A DNA stretch of 64,000 nucleotides from Vampirovibrio sp. (GTDB taxonomy: Bacteria > Cyanobacteriota > Vampirovibrionia > Vampirovibrionales > JAJTHC01), in the NCBI GenBank assembly GCA_024998755.1, contig JACEUU010000002.1, forward strand, positions 3,511 through 67,510. Reading direction: 5' to 3'. Made by a program: the position numbers and the translations under genes. The notes under the pieces are model-generated. The model was not told the origin of the DNA. It worked only from the letters and a program-made list of their open reading frames with translations, and made no database searches. Positions 10,856-22,570 of this stretch are shown here, in pieces (the first letter of the stretch is position 1; the number at the start of each line of letters is the position of its first letter).

Positions 10856-11126
10856 TTAACTTTAAAACTCCTGTTGCTTGTACCGTATAAATACCTATTG
10901 AGCGTGATAGTGGTACTATCGGTACAAGCAATCAAAAAGTTTAATAATGATTTTTCTATGCAATTGTAGGATTAAATAGGTTATCTTGTTCTTTAGGGGT
11001 CGGTTCATGCTATATTTCAGGGGAAGGAGGCTCTTGCTTAATAATTAATACCTTGTTAACCTTGTCTTCCATTTTCATTATCAACAAAAAAGAAAAACAA
11101 TTCATAGAGTAAAATTGCTTAACGAC

Positions 11127-11161
11127 AAAAATCCACCGATACTTATATCGTATCGGTGGAT
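11127..11161 (-). terminator. Intrinsic terminator of the respiratory operon
   Basis: 12-bp stem ATCCACCGATAC/GTATCGGTGGAT followed by a T run on the minus strand. Confidence 0.75.
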
Positions 11162-11197
11162 AAATTGCACTAAATCAGTCGCTTTTAAAACAAGAGC

Positions 11198-12685
11198 TTA
11201 ACTTTTAGTCGTAGTACTTTGCGGTGCTGATTCAGTTGCCATTTGGGCTTCTGCTTTTTCAGCACCAGCTTCCATCCCTTTTTTGGAAAGGGTTACAAGA
11301 TATTTAGATAATGCATCTAATTCATCTTGATGACCAACAACCGGCGGCATATAGCCATTGTAAGGTGTTTTAGCTTTGGTTGTAATTACGGTGTTGCCTT
11401 TTTCATCTTTTGATTCTTCACTGAGGATAACATGGTTATCTTTCATTAAAGTAATTAAATTAGCAATGGCGTTTTCATCACGTTCGCCCAACAACCTTGC
11501 CATTGAACGGTATCCGTTACCAGTAGCCGTGTGGCAGCTCATACATTGATACCGAAACATTAATTTACCATGACCTACAGTATCTTCTTTCGCCAAGGTA
11601 GCACCTTCTGCTCTTGCCCATGCGTTGGATTTGAAAAAGCCATCGGCATTAACTTGAGCAATTTGATTTTTGCGTAATCCGTTAGAATACATATAGTTGT
11701 AAATAACGTAAGGTTTACGCATCATTTCACGGCTCCATTCTTCCGTGAACATAAAACCAAACCCTGAAGCTAATAACATTAAGGCAAAGGTTGTATTAAA
11801 CCCTTTTGGGTTTAAGAATGGCCCAACAATAACCATACCAATTAGGCCGGTTGCAAATACGATACAGAGGAAGATGACTTTCGCCATCATGGAGAAGTTA
11901 CCTTCGCCCAGTGATGATAAGCCAGATACAATAACTTGTTGAGTAGCTGGTGGTAATGTAAACATATACCATACGACAAATAGAGGACCCGCAATTAGAC
12001 CCGGCAACATCCACTTGGCTGAATAGCGAAGCAAATACTGTTTCAAATCATCTTGACCTTTAATAGTAGAAGCTGTTAGCAAGGCATAAATACCTGCCAA
12101 AGCAAACATTATAAAGAGTCGAATTGCTAAGGCAGGCCAGAAGGCAGGGTTAAAGAATGAATCGTAAACCGTGCCAACAATATTACCTTGTGCATTTAAC
12201 CAACCACCGTTGGTCAACATACCGGTTAAAATGCCGTTAATTACAAACAATGTTCCAAACGAAATACCAAAATAAATCCATGCTAATACGCAGTGGTTTT
12301 TCTTGTCCATTTTACCCATTGTGTAATAATAGGCCAAGAAAGTGGCTAGTTCTGCGGCGAAAAATGTCCATTCCGCACCCCAGAACAATCCAAAGTTTTG
12401 GATTAAAACAGATGCTCCGGAAGGGTTTGCTAAGCCAATAGCCCACCAAATACCCACACCAGAAACTGCACCTAGTACGGTGGTTAGTAGCAAGAAGAAC
12501 TTACTATGTTTCTTGATATAGTCATAAATACGGTCGTCGTTTTTTTTGTAGGCTAAGGTTTCAGTCAAAGCTAAAAATGCACCGCCACCAATAGCAAAGT
12601 GAGAAATAAACACGTGAAAAATAGCGATTAAGCCAATAATCCACCCGTTACCGATGTTAGGAACTTCCCATACTGGATAACTCAT
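11198..12685 (-). CDS. CydA-like (cytochrome bd superfamily) subunit with fused C-terminal cytochrome c
   Basis: IFHVFISHFAIGGG, GAVSGVGIW, WGAEWTFF, EWSREMMRKPY, CMSCH heme motif and distal YMPP; ATG overlaps the cytochrome b stop (TAATG). Confidence 0.85.
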   Translation of the reverse strand: MSYPVWEVPNIGNGWIIGLIAIFHVFISHFAIGGGAFLALTETLAYKKNDDRIYDYIKKHSKFFLLLTTVLGAVSGVGIWWAIGLANPSGASVLIQNFGLFWGAEWTFFAAELATFLAYYYTMGKMDKKNHCVLAWIYFGISFGTLFVINGILTGMLTNGGWLNAQGNIVGTVYDSFFNPAFWPALAIRLFIMFALAGIYALLTASTIKGQDDLKQYLLRYSAKWMLPGLIAGPLFVVWYMFTLPPATQQVIVSGLSSLGEGNFSMMAKVIFLCIVFATGLIGMVIVGPFLNPKGFNTTFALMLLASGFGFMFTEEWSREMMRKPYVIYNYMYSNGLRKNQIAQVNADGFFKSNAWARAEGATLAKEDTVGHGKLMFRYQCMSCHTATGNGYRSMARLLGERDENAIANLITLMKDNHVILSEESKDEKGNTVITTKAKTPYNGYMPPVVGHQDELDALSKYLVTLSKKGMEAGAEKAEAQMATESAPQSTTTKS

Positions 12686-13776
12686 TATACTTGTAACCCC
12701 ATATATGTTAATACGCCTAAAGCGATAAGGAATACAACACCCCAAATAGTAGCTAATTTAGATATGGTGGGGTTTTTACCCGTATCTAAAAACGGAATAA
12801 GTACCATAGTTGAAGCCGCAGCACCAATAATTGCCATTGCCACATGGGCTCCTTCAAAGAAGAGAAACTGAGAGGGCATTAGCTTAAGCACTTGAAACTG
12901 AGATAAGAAATACCATTCAGGCTTAATTCCAATAGGAGCAGGAGCTGAAGGGTCAATTGTTGGACCAAGAGGCCAAGGATTGAGGCAAACAATTGCTAAA
13001 AATAGTAAGGTAACACCACCCCAAACAAACATATCGTTCATAATAAAGTCTGGGAAGAATTTTTCGTACTTCTTAATGCTTAGCTTTTTAAAATATTCGG
13101 GTTCAGAAATACCGTGAATCTGAATAAGCAACAAGTGCAAACCTAATGCACCCATTAAGGCTGCAGGTAAAGCACAAACGTGAATCAAGAAAAACCGATT
13201 CATCGTCGCTTGTCCTACTTCTTCACCACCACGCACGAAGTTGGCAACAAGTTCACCAATAAAAGGTGCTTCACCCGCTACATCAACCCCAACTTTGGTG
13301 GCGAAAAACGCCATTTCATCCATTGGTAATAGGTAGCCAGTAAAACCGAAGACCATCGCTAAACCAATCAAGCCTAAACCTGAAAACCAAGTCAATTCCC
13401 TAGGAGACCGATAAGCTTTCATAAAGTAGGTTGAAAACATGTGAATAACCAAAATGGCGATAAACAGGTTTGCACCCCAGCTATGCATTGAGCGTATTAA
13501 CCAGCCAAACGGAATTTTGTTGTTAATAGCCATAACGGATTGGTACGCACCTTCATAGGAAGGTACATAGTGCACCATTAATAACAAGCCAGTTACTAAC
13601 TGAAGTACTACAAACAGCATACAAATGCCGCCCATGTAATACCAAATAGAATGCTTATGAACAGGAACCTCTTTTTTGGTTGCGAACTTAATAGCGGCTT
13701 CTAGAGGCACTCGCTGGTTAAGCCAATCATAGCCAAACTTGAGGAGATTCATTTTTTTAAAAGTTTCAAATGCCAC
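12685..13776 (-). CDS. Cytochrome b subunit of a bc complex
   Basis: GWLIRSMHSWGA, FGFTGYLLP, RFFLIH, KPEWYF; start probably GTG at 13776 (GGAG upstream) or ATG at 13752. Confidence 0.92.
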   Translation of the reverse strand: MAFETFKKMNLLKFGYDWLNQRVPLEAAIKFATKKEVPVHKHSIWYYMGGICMLFVVLQLVTGLLLMVHYVPSYEGAYQSVMAINNKIPFGWLIRSMHSWGANLFIAILVIHMFSTYFMKAYRSPRELTWFSGLGLIGLAMVFGFTGYLLPMDEMAFFATKVGVDVAGEAPFIGELVANFVRGGEEVGQATMNRFFLIHVCALPAALMGALGLHLLLIQIHGISEPEYFKKLSIKKYEKFFPDFIMNDMFVWGGVTLLFLAIVCLNPWPLGPTIDPSAPAPIGIKPEWYFLSQFQVLKLMPSQFLFFEGAHVAMAIIGAAASTMVLIPFLDTGKNPTISKLATIWGVVFLIALGVLTYMGLQV

Positions 13777-13827
13777 AGGGGGAATTCTCCATATTAACAA
13801 TTAATAATAACTAGATAGCCACTGAAA

Positions 13828-14358
13828 TTAGGCCTTAGCCCCTGCTTTTTCAGGACGAATAACAATTTCACCTGCTTCAACGGAAGCTAATAATTTATGC
13901 AAGCCTTCAGGCGGAGGACCAGCTACTACATTACCAGTTGCAGGGTCATACGTTCCACCGTGGCAAGCACAATAAATGTTATTTTTTGCTTGTTGATATT
14001 GAACAGTACAGCCCAAATGGGAACAGGTTGCGTTGAATGCGTGCATGCTACCATCTGGCGAATGAATAAATAGGGCAGGAATACTACCAAATTTAAAGTT
14101 TTTTGACGTACCGGCTGGAAATTCAGCCACTTTACCTAGTACTAATTTGTCAATTTTAATAGCGGTTGATTTGGGTGGCCATAAATAGCTAAGTAACGGC
14201 CCAGCTGCTACTGCAGCCATTACTGCACCAAATACACCAATCATGCCACCCATAAATAACCGACGAGACATTGTTTCACCAGCTGTTTCTGCTGAATAAT
14301 CAAACGTTGGTGGGGTTTCAATTTTTTCTTCTTGACCTGTTGCCATCATCATCATCAT
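13828..14358 (-). CDS. Rieske [2Fe-2S] subunit
   Basis: Tat-like SRRLF plus TM helix, CSHLGC and CACHGG boxes, GPPP; begins within an ATGx5 run. Confidence 0.93.
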   Translation of the reverse strand: MMMMMATGQEEKIETPPTFDYSAETAGETMSRRLFMGGMIGVFGAVMAAVAAGPLLSYLWPPKSTAIKIDKLVLGKVAEFPAGTSKNFKFGSIPALFIHSPDGSMHAFNATCSHLGCTVQYQQAKNNIYCACHGGTYDPATGNVVAGPPPEGLHKLLASVEAGEIVIRPEKAGAKA

Positions 14359-14379
14359 TTTAGACAACGCTCCAATCTT

Positions 14380-15519
14380 TTATTTGTTTTGATACGCTTT
14401 ATGAACAATTTTAGCTAACCAGCCCAGATACAAAATCAACGCAACAAACAAGACTAAGAAAATAATCAAGATTTCTGTTTGAGGTTGTACTGCGTGGGTA
14501 TTAGGGTCTAATATGTTACTAATAGAAAAAACACGCACTAAATGACGCATTTCCGACATGGCACCTATTAACAATAGAGCTGAAACCAACCCTGTAATAA
14601 AGGCTTTAGAACTACCTTTGACGTAAGCAATAGCCATTGCTATTAACGCAATAACATCTAAGCCTAACGAGGTTCTAAACAAGTGAGACGCCATTTTGTT
14701 TAAGCCCATAAAGCCAGCACCGTTCACATCGAAAAACTGTTGCTGAACAGGACCAGGCAAGGTAAACAAGAACCAAGGACCGACAATGGTTTGTAACAAG
14801 GTAATGCCTAAAAACAAGCCAGCACCTGTTTTAATGAGCCAAGTTGCGTACCCATCATCCTTCTTTTTAAAGTACAAGCCAAAGCTACCAATAGCCAAAC
14901 CCGTTACGGCAACAGCAGCTAATACAAAGTGAACAAACCTTGGAATTAACGTCGGTTCACTTAAGTTTAAGTGCATACCACTTGGGCTTGCTTGGTACAT
15001 TGGCAAGAATTTTTCAGGGGTAAGCATCAGCGTCATATTATTGCTAAAGAAAAACGCAATGACCATAAACAACACGGAAGAACCCAGTAAAAACCAAGGT
15101 GATTTTTCACCTAACTTGTTTTGACCATAGTTAAAGATGTAAAGACCATAATAACCAATGACTAATAGGAATAGTACACTTAACCAGGGAACTGCCATTA
15201 AAATTGACGAGGTATAGGTTAATGGCCCGTATAGAATTTGTAAAAACAACAAGGGGACAATCCCGTTTGTGATTGCCGCAGTGGTAAATAGTGGCAACGA
15301 AGCAGCAATTTGTTTGCCTGCCCGCTGTTGATAACTTTCCGGCTTGTTTTTACCTTGAAATAGTAAAATAGCCGATGTAATACCACCCATTAAAGCAACG
15401 TTCATGGGAATGGCGTGAATAAAAAAGCCTACTACTAAAAGCGTTTCCATAAGCCAAACTGGCGCAGGAAAAGGCATGGGTTGGTAAGCACCGATTGGAT
15501 ATAATGTGATTGGATCCAT
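14380..15519 (-). CDS. Polytopic membrane protein, probable divergent CydA-like partner subunit
   Basis: Many TM segments with FFIHAIPMN, GIVPLLFLQILY, RFVHFVLAAVAVTG, EMRHLVR; first gene of the Rieske/cytb/CydA-c operon. Confidence 0.65.
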   Translation of the reverse strand: MDPITLYPIGAYQPMPFPAPVWLMETLLVVGFFIHAIPMNVALMGGITSAILLFQGKNKPESYQQRAGKQIAASLPLFTTAAITNGIVPLLFLQILYGPLTYTSSILMAVPWLSVLFLLVIGYYGLYIFNYGQNKLGEKSPWFLLGSSVLFMVIAFFFSNNMTLMLTPEKFLPMYQASPSGMHLNLSEPTLIPRFVHFVLAAVAVTGLAIGSFGLYFKKKDDGYATWLIKTGAGLFLGITLLQTIVGPWFLFTLPGPVQQQFFDVNGAGFMGLNKMASHLFRTSLGLDVIALIAMAIAYVKGSSKAFITGLVSALLLIGAMSEMRHLVRVFSISNILDPNTHAVQPQTEILIIFLVLFVALILYLGWLAKIVHKAYQNK

Positions 15520-15897
15520 AAGAATAGAGCGGTCCCATCTACTAAAAAAAGATTGATACGAAATCAGTGAAAGTCTGCAAAGCAACCCTTGGGTTGAATC
15601 TAGACCGTTCAGCCGAAAGAAACTGAAGGCTTCCATCAAACAACTGAATAACGTCTAACAACAAATAAAACAACATTTTAATAACTTTTTAGTTATTTGC
15701 TAACATTATACTGATAGCATACTAAAGAAGCAATGGCATGGCTGAAATAACCAGCGATACCTGTTGAATTAAAATTGAGTTAGTGTGTTAATCACTAATT
15801 ACTTAGTAGTTTAAACCGTTCAACCTAAATGCACCTTGAGCGGACGCATGGAGGTTTTGTCTTTATAAAATCTTTATAAGTTAGGTGTTTTCTTACG

Positions 15898-16227
15898 TTA
15901 TGCTTGAAGCTTGAACGTACTTTCAATACTTTTACTAATAATCTTCCGTAAGCCATCTACTTCTGTAGTAATAGCTTGGTGCTGAAGCTGAATGCGGTTG
16001 GCAATCAATTCTAACCGTTTATCTTGGTTTTGAACACGCTCCATAAATTGCTCTTGTAAAACCACTGCAGGGTTTTCTGGTTCTAACGATTGTGCACTGG
16101 CATAAAGTTTGTCCAGTACATTTGTTAGCCGTAACCGTGCTTGGTTAATTTGCTGCAACTGGAATTCTAAGTCCATTTTGCGAGCAAGCAACATATAGAG
16201 CCGTGCGCTACTAGCAGCGAACCCCAT
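15898..16227 (-). CDS. Small coiled-coil protein beginning MGFAASSARL
   Basis: 109 aa helical ORF; N-terminal MGFAASSARL and C-terminal IISKSIESTFK. Confidence 0.7.
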   Translation of the reverse strand: MGFAASSARLYMLLARKMDLEFQLQQINQARLRLTNVLDKLYASAQSLEPENPAVVLQEQFMERVQNQDKRLELIANRIQLQHQAITTEVDGLRKIISKSIESTFKLQA

Positions 16228-16595
16228 AGCTGTAATCCCCAATCTTAATTGTTAAGGTGAGTGTAAACAAAACATTTATAAAATTAAACTGTAAAAAGAG
16301 AGTTTGTAACCTAATTGATTTGTTTGAAAAGGCTTTTCTTTGCGAAGAAGGTTGTTTCAAAACATCGAATTGACCGTGGCAGCAAATTCCGAAAAGAAGA
16401 GACAATAATCCATTGCATCTATAATTAAAAGCATTCCCGATATCCAAGTATATAAAAACAAGATGCATGAGGTTTTGTGCTAGCAATTCATAAACTTGGT
16501 AATAGGGCTTGGTTAAATCGATTTTATCCTAACTATTGACCCTTTGGTTTGTTTGAAAGAAGATAATGCTATAAGTTTATCTGTACTATTGTTAG

Positions 16596-18080
<1,485 letters not shown>

Positions 18081-18181
18081 CTTTGTAATTCAACAGCGGT
18101 CTCTCTTTTGAATAGTTGAAGACTGACCGTTGTTGGCTTTAATCTTATTTAAATAAAATTCCAGAAGGTAATGCTAGTGCT

Positions 18182-18445
18182 ATGGATATTGCATCAAAAT
18201 ACTTAAAATTGTTGGTGTTATCACCTGAAAAAACGATATTAGACAATGAACCTGTGCTATCAATTGTTGCTTGTGGTGAAGAAGGTTCTTTTGGGGTTTT
18301 GCCTAAGCACCAACCTTTATTAGCCCCCTTGAAAGCTGGCGTATTGGAATACCGTGATTTGTCTGGTGAAAAACGGACGGTAATCTTGCCTTCTAAAGCT
18401 ATTTTATCTACTGACGGAGATGAAGTGGTTATTCTTTGCCAATAA
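18182..18445 (+). CDS. atpC: ATP synthase epsilon subunit, N-terminal domain only
   Basis: LVLSPEK, GEEGSFGVLPKHQPLLAPLKAG; follows atpD; 87 aa. Confidence 0.85.
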   Translation: MDIASKYLKLLVLSPEKTILDNEPVLSIVACGEEGSFGVLPKHQPLLAPLKAGVLEYRDLSGEKRTVILPSKAILSTDGDEVVILCQ

Positions 18446-18475
18446 TAGCCTTAAATTTTATAAAGGTATCCGTGA

Positions 18476-19399
18476 ATGACTTTTTCTGTAAAAAAACCGA
18501 CGACTCTTTTGTTTTCCTTGTTTCTTTCAATTGCCACGATAGCTATTATGGGTTCAACGGCTTTTGCTGATGACTATGATGCTGATACGGTGGATGTGAT
18601 TGATATTGAAAATTTGCCTTGGGGAACGCCTAATCAGCAAGAAGCAGCGACAGAAAAATCTACGGAAAAAAAATCTTTCAGCCCGACAGATTTTCTCAAT
18701 GAATCTGAATTTCAGGCTCACAAACGCACGTTGACGGAATTGAACCAAGTGTTGAAATCCATTTACGATCGTAATCCTAGTTACTTATCGCAATTGGCTA
18801 TGTTTAAAGTCAGTACGGCTACTCGGCTTTATAATGCGTTTATTTATAATCGAGGTGCATTTTTCATTGGCAAAGGCTTTTGGAATGCTTTACAAACCCC
18901 TGACGCCAGAGCATTTGTAATTTTAAACGCCATTACGTGGAAGAAAAATAAAGGCCCTGATAAAGCTCAAAAAGTTAGTTTGCATAGTAAAATTGGTGCT
19001 TTCCCTGGTGGGCTTGTGTTGCTGTTTGCAACCAGTTTGCTTTCCTTGCCTTATAGTGGCTGGGCTACTTACCAAGCTTATAAGGGGTATCCTAATTTTA
19101 TTTTCAGAACGGATATAATGACCTTAGACCAACTTGAAAAATTAGGATATGATCCTAATAAAGCCATTGAAGCTTTAACGGTATTGGATGATACCGATGC
19201 GTTTTCTTTTTTGGATCAACCCACCAAAACTTATTATGAAGCTCAAACGGGGCGTTCGGTTTACAACCCAAGCAATTATCGGTTAGCCAAACAAGGATTT
19301 ACTATGGGCGTCCCTAAGCCTGAAAAACGGTATGAAAAACTAGCACTTTATTTGGCTAAGCAAGCTAAACCTTCTGTTAATGTTACCAAAAAACCTTAA
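18476..19399 (+). CDS. Exported M48 peptidase-like protein lacking zinc ligands
   Basis: Signal peptide ending AFA-D; YNAF...FFIGKG...AFVILNAITW; KLGYDP; PKPEKRYEKL. Confidence 0.55.
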   Translation: MTFSVKKPTTLLFSLFLSIATIAIMGSTAFADDYDADTVDVIDIENLPWGTPNQQEAATEKSTEKKSFSPTDFLNESEFQAHKRTLTELNQVLKSIYDRNPSYLSQLAMFKVSTATRLYNAFIYNRGAFFIGKGFWNALQTPDARAFVILNAITWKKNKGPDKAQKVSLHSKIGAFPGGLVLLFATSLLSLPYSGWATYQAYKGYPNFIFRTDIMTLDQLEKLGYDPNKAIEALTVLDDTDAFSFLDQPTKTYYEAQTGRSVYNPSNYRLAKQGFTMGVPKPEKRYEKLALYLAKQAKPSVNVTKKP

Positions 19400-19416
19400 C
19401 CCCATTAGCTTTATTT

Positions 19417-20526
19417 CTACCAATTTTGCTTAATGGTATCGATGACTTTTATTTGTTGTTCTTCTGTCAAGGTACCCGAAGAGGGTAAATTAATATGTTC
19501 ACGCCATAGTTTTTCTGCTACAGGAACTGAGTTGGATTGATTGGTAGTGGCATAGGCTTGGGTTAAAGGCAGTGGTTTAAAAATAGGGCGTGCTTCAATA
19601 CCAGCTTCGCCTAATTGGGCTAGCAACGCTAACCGTTTTTCAGGGTGTGGCAACCGTAAAGTGGAAAGCCAATAGCTAGGCACTTGTATCATGCCATTTT
19701 GGGGTGGTGGGCACCCTCTAAACCAGCTCTCAAAAGCCTGTTCATAAGTAGTAGCAATCGCAATACGTTTAGCTAGTAATTCAGGGAAGCGTGCCAATTG
19801 CACCAATCCTAAGCTAGCAGGTATAGCAGACATTCGGGTATTGTAGCCCACATCAAAATGGTCAAGTTCGCCATTGGTGAAAATTTTGGCTTGTGTAGCA
19901 AGGCGTTTAATGGTTGCCATTTCGTCGGCATTTTGACCTACTAACATCCCACCAGACCCAGTTGTAAGTGTTTTGTTGCCATTAAAACTAAATGCACCAA
20001 AACGTCCGAAGCTACCCACTGGCTTCCCATTTACTTTAGTACCTAATGCTTCCGCAGCGTCTTCAATCAGGATGAGGTTGTGAGCATCTGCCAAAGCCCG
20101 AAGCCCAACCACATCGCACGCAAACCCATAAAGATGGGTTGCAATGATAGCCTTGGTTTTCGGGGTTATGAGTGGTTCTACGGTTTCTGGGCAGAGCCCG
20201 AAGGTTTCTTCGTGAACATCTGCAAAAACGGGCGTTGCCCCAACATATCGAACGGGATTAACCGTAGCTACAAAGCTTAATGCTGGTACAATGACTTCAT
20301 CGCCTGTTTGAATGCCACTGGCAGCCAACGCCATCCAAATGGCACTGGTACCACAATTTGTACTGACGGATGCATTAAAGCCTAACTGCTTTACAAAAGC
20401 CGTTTCAAATTCATCCACCATGGGGGCTGCAGTGGAAAGCCAGCCAGATGCAATGGTTTCAGCAACAGCCGATTGTTCAGCGTGGGTCAACCAAGGTTCT
20501 GATAAAGGAATTCGTTCAACAGGCAT
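19417..20526 (-). CDS. DegT/DnrJ/EryC1/StrS PLP-dependent sugar aminotransferase
   Basis: GDEVIVPALSFVAT, IEDAAEALG, SFNGNKTLTTGSGG, GYNTRM. Confidence 0.92.
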   Translation of the reverse strand: MPVERIPLSEPWLTHAEQSAVAETIASGWLSTAAPMVDEFETAFVKQLGFNASVSTNCGTSAIWMALAASGIQTGDEVIVPALSFVATVNPVRYVGATPVFADVHEETFGLCPETVEPLITPKTKAIIATHLYGFACDVVGLRALADAHNLILIEDAAEALGTKVNGKPVGSFGRFGAFSFNGNKTLTTGSGGMLVGQNADEMATIKRLATQAKIFTNGELDHFDVGYNTRMSAIPASLGLVQLARFPELLAKRIAIATTYEQAFESWFRGCPPPQNGMIQVPSYWLSTLRLPHPEKRLALLAQLGEAGIEARPIFKPLPLTQAYATTNQSNSVPVAEKLWREHINLPSSGTLTEEQQIKVIDTIKQNW

Positions 20527-20624
20527 TCAAGGCAAGCATTCTAAACGGTTATAAGCATATAAAGATGTTTTAATTATAGCCTAGAACCCTAAGAATTGGC
20601 TTCCCCTAGCCAGTTGAAACCTAC

Positions 20625-21074
20625 CTACAGGCTTAATTGATGTTTTAAAAAATCCAAAACCCAAGGTTCAATGGGTTGATTGGTTGAAGAAAGGGTGTTT
20701 AGTTGATTAGCAATCCATGGTCTAGCAACTAAACCAGTCCGAAGAAACACCATGATGACCCAACTTTTTGTTTGAACAGACCCAACGGAAAGTGCTTGCC
20801 ACAACAACGGAAATTGAGTTTCATCCAGCTGTAGAGCTACTAATTGATTTTCAAACTGTTTTAATTGGTCAGGATTGGTTGTGGTTGAAGCTTGTTCTAA
20901 CAACCTGGCCACAGGGTTCAAGCTTAATGCGGGTGCTGGTTTTTGAATTAAGGAAAGTCTTTTTCTAGCAGGAGACGTAATCGTACTAGTGCCAACGGTC
21001 TGTTTTGTGGCAACTGAAGGTTGCTTTTTAACAGGTGAAGGCTTTAATAAAAATGTTGTAGTCGATGTAGTCAT
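20625..21074 (-). CDS. Hypothetical protein
   Basis: ORF with likely start MTTSTT; low-complexity N-terminus and helical C-terminus. Confidence 0.55.
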   Translation of the reverse strand: MTTSTTTFLLKPSPVKKQPSVATKQTVGTSTITSPARKRLSLIQKPAPALSLNPVARLLEQASTTTNPDQLKQFENQLVALQLDETQFPLLWQALSVGSVQTKSWVIMVFLRTGLVARPWIANQLNTLSSTNQPIEPWVLDFLKHQLSL

Positions 21075-21509
21075 TTCAGACGATTTCTTTCTTTGTAAAA
21101 AACAGAGATACTTAGCAATCAATACACACAGTAGCAACAACACTACTTTATCGGTTTAACGGATGACAGGCAAGTTACTTGCAACGGGAAAAATGGGTTT
21201 AAAGCCATTATTTAAAGTCCAATCTTTACATGGGCAGTAGGGAACGGGTAAAAACAGGCAGAAATAGCGGACTACTTCTAATTGCTAGCGGTTTAGCCCT
21301 TAATGTGCAGAGTTATTTCTTGATGGTGCAATAATCAAATCTTTATCTGTTCTTAATCTCAAAAACGTCTTTTCTCCATATTGTAAGGTAAGTATATGGT
21401 CATAAGTCATTAAAAAACGAAAGCACGATTCTTCTATTAGCTGTTTTTTTGCTTTAAGATGAGGTAGTATCAGCCCTCTACAGTTATTGCTTAGGATGAA
21501 AACGATTTC

Positions 21510-22550
21510 ATGGTGGGCATTACCCCCGTTCAATTACAGTCAACCGTGGTAAAACCTCAAGCTATTGAGGCTATTTCGCTTATGCCAAAAAATCAGCCTA
21601 GAAGTGGGGTTACCATTCTGGCGTTTTCTTCTTATCCTAATGGGTTTCCCGTGTTGGATTTAGACGATAAAACCGCCATGAAGATGGTAGAAAAAGCCTT
21701 GCCCAGTGTTTCTGTTGAAGAAAAAAGACTGCTTTTTGGTAGAACGAAATGGCAAGGTAGAACGGTAGGGGCAGTGGTCTACCCCATTTCAGAACAGGAT
21801 ATTCGGCAAGTGCAGAATATTATGAACGATAGCAGACTTTCAGATTACGAACGGAATATGAAAGTTAATGATTATATGCCTACCGTGATGGCTAAAGACA
21901 CGGGATCGACCAGAATTTTCGATATTCAGCGTAATAAATTGCTGGGTCTTCAAGAAGCGGAAGACTTATCAAAAGTAGGGCACGTTGCTTTGACGGATGC
22001 GAAAAAACAAGCAGAAAAAATGACCGCTATTGAAGGAGCTGCTTCTACGCAAGCCGTAAAAGAAAAAGAAGGGGGTGTTAAAACAACGGTTAGCGATGAG
22101 AAACATCGTAAACAATTGTCTGATTTTCATCAGCAATTATTGCGGGTAACAACGCAATCTAGCCAGTATAATAAAAGCCCTGTAACAGATACCCTTCCCT
22201 TGTTACCTCAGCCATTAAAGCCTGTTTTATGGAATAATAGTTCTACTTTTTTTTTACCATTGCAGTCGCCAGTGCCTCCGCCCGTAGTAGTTACACCAGT
22301 TAATAATAATAAGACTTCACCAATACCCCCTTTGTTGCCTCAAGCCACTGAAGTTGCTGAACAACCAAAAGCTATGAATAAAGAATTGAGTGTTACCATA
22401 CCTTCTCCCACGCAATCATTACCTTCAACCCCTGTTGTGAAGCCGACCCAACCGGTGCAACCCACTGCTGATAAAACGACGGCATTACCTGCTGTACAAC
22501 AATCATCAGCTACTATACCCATTGATTTTTATTCAGTACCAAGCTTTTAA
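21510..22550 (+). CDS. Hypothetical protein with Pro/Thr-rich C-terminus
   Basis: 346 aa ORF with AGGA upstream. Confidence 0.7.
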   Translation: MVGITPVQLQSTVVKPQAIEAISLMPKNQPRSGVTILAFSSYPNGFPVLDLDDKTAMKMVEKALPSVSVEEKRLLFGRTKWQGRTVGAVVYPISEQDIRQVQNIMNDSRLSDYERNMKVNDYMPTVMAKDTGSTRIFDIQRNKLLGLQEAEDLSKVGHVALTDAKKQAEKMTAIEGAASTQAVKEKEGGVKTTVSDEKHRKQLSDFHQQLLRVTTQSSQYNKSPVTDTLPLLPQPLKPVLWNNSSTFFLPLQSPVPPPVVVTPVNNNKTSPIPPLLPQATEVAEQPKAMNKELSVTIPSPTQSLPSTPVVKPTQPVQPTADKTTALPAVQQSSATIPIDFYSVPSF

Positions 22551-22570
22551 TTTTGTGGTTTTGAACATAT

